NCBI GenBank assembly: GCA_013416795.1
Contig: RQSC01000027.1
Coordinates: 702,585-766,584 of the forward strand
Direction of reading: 5' to 3'
Source of the DNA: Prasinococcaceae sp. CCMP 1430
Taxonomy: Eukaryota > Plantae > Prasinodermophyta
DNA: 64,000 nt
Part shown: one piece after another, positions 55,309-64,000 of the stretch
How the letters are laid out: each line of letters begins with the position of its first letter
Position numbering within the stretch: position 1 is the first letter of the stretch
Translations under genes and position numbers: made by a program
The notes under the pieces: model-generated
What the model was told of the DNA's origin: nothing
The model's database searches: none
What the model saw: only the letters and a program-made list of their open reading frames with translations

Positions 55309-56751
55309 CTACTCGAGCTCGTCGAGCAGCGCAGCAGACGCGAACTTGAGCTCGCCCGCGGCGTGCGGCGCGCGTCTCTCCGCGTCGGCGATCACATCGG
55401 CGAGTGGCATGTACGGTAGCCGCACCGTCACAGTCTGCCCGTCCGCTGAGTGCACAGCGACAGCGTGTTCGCCGTCGACGGCAAACGGTAGCTCTTGACG
55501 TAGCGCCTGGCAGCCTGTCACGCTCACCTCGATGGTGTCGCGCAGTGTCCTCACCTTGACGGCACCAGCGCCGCCATCCTTCGTCTTCGCGCCGAGCTTC
55601 ATCTGCAGCGCTTGTGTGGGCGGCAGCGTGACCTCGAGCAGCGCGAAGTCTGCAGGACTGCCTTCGAATGTCAGCTTCGCCGACAGCTTTGGCCGCGTGT
55701 CTACCGGTGCCGCGGGGAGCGATGCCGCCGCTGGTGGCTGCCCCCGCCGGCCAAGCTGCTGCTGCTGCTTGGCCGATGTTGCTGCCCTGCCGGCACTCGC
55801 TGGCGTCACTCTCCCGCCTTCTCCAGCTGCAAGCTGCTTCTTGGGTGCGGGGCCGGCCCTGAGCGCGAAAGAAGGTGGCTCACTCTCAGCTCGCGCACCG
55901 GGCGCTTCCTCGACCTCCTCCACGAGTTTCTTCGGCTCAGCGCGCACGCGCATTTTTTCGGGCCGCGCCTTTGAGCCCCAACCGTCCTTGGCGACGCCCT
56001 TGTATTTCATTTTGGGAATGACGTAGTCATCCGCCTGCAGCGCACGCTCATCACCGTACTGCGACGCGGAGGCAAACGCGAGATGTCGATGACTGCGAGT
56101 CAGGTGCAGCCGACTGGCTCTCACGTGCGTGGGGTGCGCAGCTCTATCTGGAGGCAGCCTGCAGCGCCACCATTGCACGTTCACGCACCTTAGAGCCCAC
56201 CCAGTTGAGCACAAGCTCGATAACGAAGCCGCGCAGCTTGCGTCCGCCTGGCGATTGCTGCATGGTCACCTGCATGATGTCGTCGTTGAGCACGCAGTCG
56301 TACACTGTACACGGTGCCCCCGCCTTGTCTTTCTCCACGCGCGGCTCGGACAGCGAGAGCGGAAAGCGCACAGCCTGCGCGTCGCGCTCGTCAAATTCTC
56401 CTCCGCCCTCCTCTAGCTTCGCCATCGCCTCGGCCACGTGATCGGGCATCGTCGCGTTGGACCAATCGCCAGGCGCGCCGATCTTCGGACTCCCCATCAT
56501 GTTTATGAAGGCCTTGCTGCCGTCGGTAAGCGTACGCGCCTTCACGACAAAGTACGGCTCGGGCTCGATTTCCTCGGAGGGTCCCTCCGCACCGCCCTGC
56601 GGTGCCGCGCCGTTGATCACGTCGAGCAGCTCGCTGAGCTCCGGCGGCGGCCGCTCGCCGGCCGCCACGTAGCTCTGCAGCATTGCGGCGAGGTCGGCGG
56701 CCGACGGCATGGGCAGGCCCTCGGCGGCGGCCGCCTCGGCGAAGGCGGCGG
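55309..56751 (-). CDS. PIH1-domain co-chaperone (PIH1D1 / DNAAF2-kintoun-like); intron ~56188-56061; 5' end in gap
   Basis: IEPEPYFVVK, KAFINM, FPLSLSEPR.E.DK.G..CTVYD, PKMKYKG, and a CS-like C-terminus LPFAVD...TVTVRLP. Confidence 0.8.
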
Positions 56752-56831
56752 NNNNNNNNNNNNNNNNNNNNNNNNNNNNNNNNNNNNNNNNNNNNNNNNN
56801 NNNNNNNNNNNNNNNNNNNNNNNNNNNNNNN

Positions 56832-57692
56832 GCCGCGCCGCGCCGCAGTGCGAGGCTCGCCGGCGCGCCGCCGGGAGCGACGGCCGGGCCCAAGCCTCAG
56901 GGTGGCGCAAAGGCCGCCGCCAAGCGCGCACCCAAGGCTGCTACAAAGGCAAGCAAGGCCGGGGCCGCATCGAAGGCGATCGCCAGGAAGCCGAAGTCCA
57001 AGGCGAAGGCTGGCACCGCGAAGGCCGGTGCTGCAGGGGCGGGACCAACTCGCACCGACGAGGCTGCGCTGTGGGCGTCGGGCGTGCAGTCCATCGCAGG
57101 CGTTGATGAGGCTGGTCGCGGTCCGCTTGCAGGACCTGTGGTCGCGGCCGCATGCGTGCTTCCTCGCGACGAGCGGTGGGAGGTGCCCGAGGGGCTCGAC
57201 GACTCCAAGCAGATGAGCGAGGCCGCGCGCGAGCGCGTGTATGAGGAACTGATGGCGGACGACAGAGTGATCAAGTCCGTCTCCATCGTGAGCGCTGCGA
57301 CCATCGACGAGATTAACATTCTACAGGCTACCCTCAAGGGCATGAAAGACGCGACGGCTGCACTCTCGCCCCCCGCAGAGTATGCGCTGATCGACGGCAA
57401 CAAGGTGCCGGAGGATATGGAGTCTGCTGCCGCCAAGGGCGCGCACGCCGTCATCAAGGGTGACGCTCGGTGTCTCAACATCGCCGCAGCATCTGTGCTC
57501 GCCAAGGTGACGCGTGACCGCCTGCTCGTCGAAATGGACGTGCGATGGCCGCAGTACGGCTTCGCGCAGCACAAAGGCTACCCGACGGCCGCGCACCGCG
57601 CTGCGCTTGCCAAACACGGCGCGTGCGAAGAGCACCGACGCTCGTATGCGCCCGTCGCACAGGCGCTTGCCAGGCGCAGCAGCGGCGAGTAA
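56832..57692 (+). CDS. rnhB: Bacterial-type ribonuclease HII with Lys/Ala-rich N-terminal extension; 5' end in gap
   Basis: AGVDEAGRGPLAGPVVAAA, DDSK, IDEINILQAT, IKGD, IAAASVLAKVTRD, YGFAQHKGYPT, HRRSY. Confidence 0.92.
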   Translation, partial: AAPRRSARLAGAPPGATAGPKPQGGAKAAAKRAPKAATKASKAGAASKAIARKPKSKAKAGTAKAGAAGAGPTRTDEAALWASGVQSIAGVDEAGRGPLAGPVVAAACVLPRDERWEVPEGLDDSKQMSEAARERVYEELMADDRVIKSVSIVSAATIDEINILQATLKGMKDATAALSPPAEYALIDGNKVPEDMESAAAKGAHAVIKGDARCLNIAAASVLAKVTRDRLLVEMDVRWPQYGFAQHKGYPTAAHRAALAKHGACEEHRRSYAPVAQALARRSSGE

Positions 57693-57877
57693 TTGTATAC
57701 ATTTTGAGGGTCTACACATTCCAGATCAAAATGCGTCGGCACGCCAGCAAGCTGCGCGGCATCTCACAGCGCGCGCCTCTGCGGGCACGCGCGCACGGCG
57801 CCGGCGTTGCGACCTTCTCCCCTCCCCAACCTCTCCCTCCCCCCGCTCCCCTGCACTCTGAAGCGCTCGGGGGTGCC

Positions 57878-59076
57878 ATGGCGAGCTCGCGCGCGCGCAA
57901 CCTCGGGGCGGGCGGCGGCGTGCGTAAGCCGGGCGGCGACGGCGGCGGCGGTGGCATCGGGGCCGGCTCGCAACGACCGCAAGTGCTCTCACGGCTTGGC
58001 TCTGGTGGGCGCGGCAATGAGGACGGCATTGGGGGTGAAAGGCGGCGGGGCTACGCGCTTGGGCAATCGCCGGGCCGAGCATCGCGATTGCGCCCCCGTG
58101 AGCAGGCGCGGCGCTCGCAGCTGCGCCAGCGTGCGGGGATGCCCCTGTCCGAGTACGGCGCGCTCGTCTTCATGGCCTCGAACGCGACCGAATCCGAGTG
58201 TGTTGAGCGTGGCCTCGCCGGGGCACCGGACGACCCGCGCGTGGCAGAGGCCGTCATGCGCTGCAGACAAGGCGACGCGGTGTACATTCTCAATTTTCAA
58301 AGCAAGCAGCTCTTGGGGTGCGGCTCGTTAGTCGCCCGAGCGCGTGCGAACGAGCGGGAGTTCGCGGCCCTGGTGTTGGAGCACGGTCGCTCCCAGCGCA
58401 CATGTCCTGACTGCACATGCGCGCGACTCGCAGGAAGTTCGTGGCGGTGCAGAGCAAGGGGTGGGTTGGCGGTAGGAACCTACAGAGCGAGGCATGGTTG
58501 AGGCAGCCCGGGGACAGGCAGCGCTTCCCATGGCAAGTAAATATCACCCCGTGCACCGGCGGCGTGCACAGCGGCATTGTCCGTCATCCAGAGAGTGACG
58601 TCAAGTCTTTTCTAACGAGGCGCCCACGCGGAGGCTACGACATCCTGGTGACGCCTGAGGGTGCAAGTGGCCTCGAGGCACTCTTCTGCGGCGGTGACAC
58701 CGCGGCGGAAGGTTGCGCCGTGGCGCAGGCGAGCACCCCCCTTGCAGCTGCCGCCGCAGAGGCGGCCATGGCCGAGCTCGCGGTTCTCGCAAAGCGCCAG
58801 AAGGAGATGCAGGAGCAGGAGCAAGAGCAGGAGCGCACGCAGGAGCAACACAAGCAAGAGCACAACGGACGACGGCAGGGGTTGCAGGAGCAGGCGCGGC
58901 TCGAGGGCAAAGCTTCGCTGAACTCATATGATGCCGGGGAAGACTTCATACCCATGGGCGATGCTTCTGTCGGAGACGACGACAGCGCCGGTGACGAAGC
59001 GAGCGAGCAGGCGGCTGCGCAGCAGGAGACCAGCGACGTAGACAGCGCGCAGGACTTCATCGCCATGTTTGAATAA
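57878..59076 (+). CDS. DCD (development and cell death) domain protein; intron 58318-58433
   Basis: VFMASNATESECVERGLAG...VYILNFQSKQLLG|KFVA...GGRNLQSEAW...RFPWQV resembles the DCD consensus; acidic C-terminal tail. Confidence 0.65.
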
Positions 59077-59096
59077 TAGTACAGGAAATTAGTTAG

Positions 59097-60674
59097 TCAA
59101 GCCAGTGCCACCGTGCTTGTGTTGTGCTCAGGTGCGCTCGCGGGCGCGCCCGCGCCTAGCAGAGCGCTTTCCTCGTAGGAGGTGCCACCACCGCCGTCGC
59201 CTGCGCGCGTGCCACCGAGCTCGCGCACGAACGCCGCAAAGCGCGCGAAGACTTTTGGCTCGAAGAGCTCCTCGCGCATGCGCAGGAACGTGAATGCGCC
59301 CATCGCGGGAAGCGCCCTCGCTCCGCCGGGGGCGTGCGCGTCCGGCACGGATGCCGCGCGCGACGCGCGGCCCATGCGCGCCATCGCCCTCTCGTCGACT
59401 CGGAAGAGCGCATTTTCGCCGAGTAGCTGGACGCCACGCGCGGCAGCCGCTAGCCGGACCTGACATAGCAGTCGCTCAGGTGAGCTGCACGCGTGCTGAG
59501 GTTGGTCTGTGTCTTCCATCTCCGCACACGTGAAGATCAGGCGCGTCCCAGTCGACGCGCACACATCAACGAGCCTGGCGTAGGCGTCGACGGAGAGGGT
59601 GTTAAAATACCCAGCGGTGAGCTCTGCTGCGTGGCTCGGATGATCGTACCACCAGTGCACGCCAGCGACTTTCAGCGCCAGGAAGGGGCGACGATGCGCA
59701 GGCAGGTCGTCGAGAATTTGTCGCGCCATGCCGAGCATGCGCCCGCCGTGGTCGAGCAGGCTGCCGCAATACCACTCGAGAAAGAAGCGCCCGTAGTCAG
59801 AGTCGTAGCGATCGCCTTTCGCCTGCACTCCGTGACTGTCCGCGCCAGACACGAAGAACGGCGCGCTTTCCTCGGACACGATTGAGTTGTACCGGCCGGC
59901 ACCACGCGGCGACTCGCCCCACTCAGGGCGCCCCGCTCGGCGCGCGGCGGCCTGCAGGCTTGCACGGGCACGCTTGTCATAGCTCTGGAACTCGCCAACC
60001 CCTGGGAACTGCCACCTCCCGTCGCCCAGAGGATAAGAGGGGTACCTGAGCTCGCCGCATGGCCCCGACCCGACGATGATTTCGGTGACGCACCGCCCTG
60101 GCCCAATGTCGTTGCCGCAGGCGTCGACGAATGCTCGTATGAAGTGGGCGTACGCTTGCATGGGCGTGCGCCCCGCGAGCACTGGCGCCTCACTTGCCCA
60201 GAGGCTCAGGCACTCTTTGCTCGCAACACCCTGAGCGTCGGTGTAGAACATGCTCGGGTCGCGTTCGCCCGCCTGAAGCACCCAGGGCGGTAGCGGCACC
60301 TCGCCCGCCCCGCTCTCCCTGTCCCCCACGTTCCCCCCGCACGCGTGGAAGGACATCACGCACTGCAGCTGCAAGTCCTCGGCCTTGCAGAGTTGCACGA
60401 GTGCGCGTAGCGCTCGCCAGTCGTACTCGCCGGGGCCCTGCTGCTCGACAGCACACCACCACACGTCCACCATCACCCCCGCAACGCCGACTCGCCTGAG
60501 CGCGCGGAGCGCACTGCGGACGCCGCTCGCCCGCTCGGACTCGCATCCCTCCGCCGCGCCGCTGTCTAAGCGTCTGCCGGGCGCGAGCGTATCGAGCGGC
60601 ATCATCACGAACACGGGCGTCCCGGGGCTGTTCCCATCCCCCTCGCCGCCGCTGCCGCCGCGGCCGCCGCCCAT
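59097..60674 (-). CDS. BAM: Beta-amylase (GH14)
   Basis: VFVMMPLDT, GVMVDVWW, FHACGGNVGD, catalytic GPCGELRYPSY and GENAL, KVAGVHWWY, FTFLRM. Confidence 0.95.
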   Translation of the reverse strand: MGGGRGGSGGEGDGNSPGTPVFVMMPLDTLAPGRRLDSGAAEGCESERASGVRSALRALRRVGVAGVMVDVWWCAVEQQGPGEYDWRALRALVQLCKAEDLQLQCVMSFHACGGNVGDRESGAGEVPLPPWVLQAGERDPSMFYTDAQGVASKECLSLWASEAPVLAGRTPMQAYAHFIRAFVDACGNDIGPGRCVTEIIVGSGPCGELRYPSYPLGDGRWQFPGVGEFQSYDKRARASLQAAARRAGRPEWGESPRGAGRYNSIVSEESAPFFVSGADSHGVQAKGDRYDSDYGRFFLEWYCGSLLDHGGRMLGMARQILDDLPAHRRPFLALKVAGVHWWYDHPSHAAELTAGYFNTLSVDAYARLVDVCASTGTRLIFTCAEMEDTDQPQHACSSPERLLCQVRLAAAARGVQLLGENALFRVDERAMARMGRASRAASVPDAHAPGGARALPAMGAFTFLRMREELFEPKVFARFAAFVRELGGTRAGDGGGGTSYEESALLGAGAPASAPEHNTSTVALA

Positions 60675-60754
60675 GGCCTCACCGCGACCAAAACCTCAAA
60701 CCAGCTGCTCGCCAGGCTCCGCCCTCGCGCGGACTAACCGCCGCGGCGGGGCAG

Positions 60755-62522
60755 CCGCCGGCCGCCGCGGGAGCGGGGGCCGCGTTCGATGAGGTCGACG
60801 GCCGCGACCTCGCGGCGCGCGCCGTCGAGAGGCAGCGCGAGGAGGCGCTCGGGGGTGGCGATGCGGAGGGCGGTGATCCGTACATCTTCGCGCGCAGCGG
60901 CGTCGATAAGGCCTACGAGGACGCGACCGATCTCGCCTTCGCGCGCGGCGCAAGCGAGCTCAGCGCGGGTACCACGTCATACCTGGGCATGTTGCAGGGT
61001 CTCGAGGACTCGATCGGCAAGGGAGCGACGCATGAGGTGCGTGACCCCCCACAGACGGCCCTGCCCGCACACTCACCCGCCACACGCTGACGCGCGCCCG
61101 CCGCTCCAGCGCCCGCAGCTGGAGATCGAGGCTCTACACGCTGCCGACCAGCTCGACCGTGATATTGACGCCTACAATGCTCGGGCGCGCGCGCGCACAC
61201 ACTCGGGCGTCACCGAGCACTATGGCGGCGCGCAGGGTGACAACAATGCCGTGGGCCTGCTGGTGCTGGCGTGTGCGTGCGCGCTGCTATTACTGCTGGT
61301 GCAGCGCGGGCGGCGCGCAGCGCGCATGAGGAGGGACAATCTCGGTGTCAACGCGGGTGGCGTTGGCGGCGGAGGCCGCGCCTCGCAGCATCAGCGCTGG
61401 AAGCTGCTGCGAGCCACTGCCAAGGGGGTGCCGCAGCTATTGGTGGTGGGAGCGCATAGCACGGCGCGCGCGATCTCGCGCGCCTGCCAAGCAGCGCAGC
61501 TGCGCCTGAGGCGTGGCATAGGCTCAAGCATATCGACAGACAGCCAAAGGCCCAAGCACAAGCGCAGTGCGTCGGCTGGGAGCGGGGTCGTGCTGCAGTC
61601 AATCGCCTCAGTGGCCTCCGCCTCAAACCTCGAGAGCCTACATGCAGCCGCCTCGAAGCTGCTGGGGGTTGGTACGGCTGGGACCTCTACGGGTGGCAGT
61701 GGTGGGGTAGCAGGTGCGCCAGGCGTCGAAACAGGCACGGCGCCGGAATCTTTCGAGGCGGCGCCGGGGGGGGTAGCAAGTCATGATCGACCTCAGCAAC
61801 CACCTGGGATGTCAACGCCGTCTCTCGACGTTGTCGACGGCAAGCATGACAGCGAGAGCGCCGACGCTGCGACGACCGTGCGTCGGACCGCGTCGTATCC
61901 GCCGAGCACGTCCTCGGGGCCGCTGCCAGAGGTCGACGGGTGCGGCTTCTTCCCTGGAGTGCGCACGCCGCACCACCGACCCATCATTCGCCGTCAGTCC
62001 GTGGCAGACTGGATCGTGCGCTCGTGCCCGGCGCACTGCTCCGCGGCGGACTGGCGGCTCTTGTACTCAACGGCGCGCGACGGCGTCTCGCTTCACACAC
62101 TCTTCCGGAAATGTCGCGGGTGCACAAGCGCGTGCCTGCTGCTCGTGCGCGACACATTGGGCGCGACCCTGGGTTGCTACACGTCGGATCCATGGCACCA
62201 GAGCGCCCGCGGAAGGGGCTACGGCACGGGCGAGTGCTTCGTGCTGTCTCTGGGGTACGCGCATGCATCCGTTGCCGCCGACGACCGCGCTGCGGTCTCC
62301 GGCGCGGCGGTGTATCGTTGGACGAAGGCCAACTCGCATTTTCAGGCGGGTAGCAGCGACTTCATTGCCATCGGCGGCGGCTCACACTTCGCACTCTGGC
62401 TCGACTCGGAGCTCCACTTTGGCTCGAGCGGCGCATGCGAGACCTTTGGCAGCCCATGCCTCGCCAGCTCTGAGGAATTCAAGATCGACAGGGTGGAGGT
62501 CTGGGCAGCGTCGGACATCTAA
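60755..62522 (+). CDS. TLDc-domain (OXR1-like) protein with an internal TM helix; intron 61037-61109; true start unresolved
   Basis: C-terminal TLDc: WRLLYSTARDGVSLHTL, GYGTGECFV, FIAIGGG..FALWLDSEL, CETFGSPCL, VEVW. The upstream exon reads FDEVDGRD...GATHE. Confidence 0.85.
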
Positions 62523-62717
62523 GCGCTCGCGCTTTCGCGCGACGGTGAGGCGCGCCGTGGTTCCAGCCAAGCGCGCGCGCCCCACTACCTTATCGTAAAA
62601 CATGGATGCATTAGTAGAATCGCCGCCCGTGAGTGGCTTCGTGGCCGCAGCAATGCGCTGCAGTAGCTGGCGTCGATGCACGCGCTCGGGAGTGGCACCT
62701 GGCTGCTCGGCGGTCCC

Positions 62718-63809
62718 CTACGCCGCAATGAAGCTCGCGATGCGCTCGGCGGTCTCATCAGCCTGCTCCAGGTGAGGCACATGACCACACTTGTCCACGT
62801 ACACGAGCTCCGAGGAGGCGATGTCGCTCGCGAGGCGCTCCGACTGCTCCTTTTCTACAATGCCATCGTCTGCGCCCCACAGGATGAGCGTGCGCTGCGA
62901 GACCTTGGACACCTGCGTGCTCACTGAGTAGCCCCCCGATCGCATGAACCCGCAGATCGCGTCCTCGTAGCCAGCATTCAGGCAGTGCAGGCGCCCCACG
63001 CGGACCGCGTCCTGGGTGGCATAAGTCTCCTTGTCGCAATAGCTCATCTGGTTGGCCATCGAGCGCAGTGGCGTCGACTTGAGCACCGCGACGCCCAGCT
63101 TGGCAAGCAGGCCCGGAGGGTTGGGCGCGTCCTCGGCGTAGCATTGCGCGTCCACGAGCACGAGGCGCTCCACAGCCTCGGGGTGCGCCACGGCGAAGTC
63201 CACGGCCGCTGCACCGCCTAGGCTGGCACCGCAGAGCACCATCGGGCGGCGCTCCAGCACCTGCTCCCAGAACGCGTACAGGTGCGCGCGCTTCGCCTCG
63301 GGCGAGAAGTCGGTGACGCCTTCGGGCGCACCGGTGAAGCCCCAGCCGACGAGGTCGACGCCCCAGGCCTCAATGCCGCGCGCGCAAAGCCGCGGGTGCA
63401 GCCTGCGATACTCGAGCGCCGATGAGTCGAAGCCTGGCATGAGGACGACGGGCGTGCCCCCTCCATTGCGTTCCTCCGGAGGCAGCACGCCTGTCGGCAG
63501 CGGGGCTGCGGCGAGACGTGTGCGCACAGCCACGCGCTCGTAGCGCTCGGCGGCGGAGCGCGCCGCCGGCTCGTTAAGCCACGTCACCTGCCCGGGCATG
63601 AAGTCGGGCCACCGCTCGCTGCCTGCGGCATCGACGCGCCCCCCCTTCGCCCCCCCCTCACCCGCCACCGCCGCCGGCGCCTGCGCCGCCGGCGCCTCCG
63701 AGGCGCAGCTGCGCGTCAGCCGCCCGCGCGGCGCGCTCTGGCGCCGCACCGGCGCCGCAAGCGACCAGCGGCTGCGAGCGGTCAACGGCCCGACCCGGGC
63801 CGAATGCAT
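62718..63809 (-). CDS. Alpha/beta hydrolase with probable plastid transit peptide
   Basis: LMPGFDSS, DLVGWGF, nucleophile elbow GASLGG, ILWGADD, CGHVPHLEQ; Ala/Ser/Arg-rich N-terminus. Confidence 0.9.
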   Translation of the reverse strand: MHSARVGPLTARSRWSLAAPVRRQSAPRGRLTRSCASEAPAAQAPAAVAGEGGAKGGRVDAAGSERWPDFMPGQVTWLNEPAARSAAERYERVAVRTRLAAAPLPTGVLPPEERNGGGTPVVLMPGFDSSALEYRRLHPRLCARGIEAWGVDLVGWGFTGAPEGVTDFSPEAKRAHLYAFWEQVLERRPMVLCGASLGGAAAVDFAVAHPEAVERLVLVDAQCYAEDAPNPPGLLAKLGVAVLKSTPLRSMANQMSYCDKETYATQDAVRVGRLHCLNAGYEDAICGFMRSGGYSVSTQVSKVSQRTLILWGADDGIVEKEQSERLASDIASSELVYVDKCGHVPHLEQADETAERIASFIAA

Positions 63810-64000
63810 CGTTCGTCAGGGGCAGTTGGCAGATTTGTTCCCAGGTGACCTGCACCGCCACGCTGGAGGAGGCGGAGGGTGGACGGCGGCGCGCCACAGC
63901 GCGCGAGGCGCGCGAGGGGGGCCCGCCGCGCATGCTGCGCGCGCGCTTGTCTCTCGCCACGATGGTGGCGCGCCGCGCGGTGCCAGCGCCGGCGTCGGCC

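Noticed and set aside
56700-56900. PIH1 and RNase HII apparently overlapping head-to-head
   Set aside because: Both 5' ends run into the 80-N gap, whose real size is unknown.
1550-61109. Introner-type repeated intron elements
   Set aside because: The introns I could delimit share only GT-AG ends, branch-point-like CTRAY motifs and (CG)n runs; I saw no extended mutual similarity by eye.

Overview
Eukaryotic nuclear scaffold: very GC-rich and gene-dense, with short GT-AG introns and several N gaps. Plastid-type genes (CemA-like, PPR-SMR, beta-amylase, FNR-like) plus TTTAGGG/telo-box motifs point to a green alga; the compact, (CG)n-rich style suggests a prasinophyte-grade lineage (inference). 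About 30 protein-coding genes are supportable, mostly housekeeping: UTP11, RPL7, IFT139/TTC21B, methionine synthase reductase, phosphohexomutase, RNR large subunit, KDSR, TRM10, ASCC3/Slh1, SEC31, TMEM230, a PIH1-domain protein and RNase HII. I found no tRNA, rRNA, CRISPR array or recognisable transposon. The most unusual items are: (1) an intronless predicted surface protein combining an RCC1 propeller, EGF repeats and a CREST-like membrane tail; (2) a SELENOF/Sep15-like protein with no CxU/CxC redox motif but a C-terminal KDEL; (3) an isolated UPRT-like fragment inside a disordered ORF; (4) a bacterial-type RNase HII with an H1-like tail; (5) a membrane-anchored TLDc gene whose start may overlap the beta-amylase gene antisense; (6) an algal CD36-family receptor; (7) recurring telo-box promoter islands. 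All family calls come from motif recognition by eye; no database search was run.
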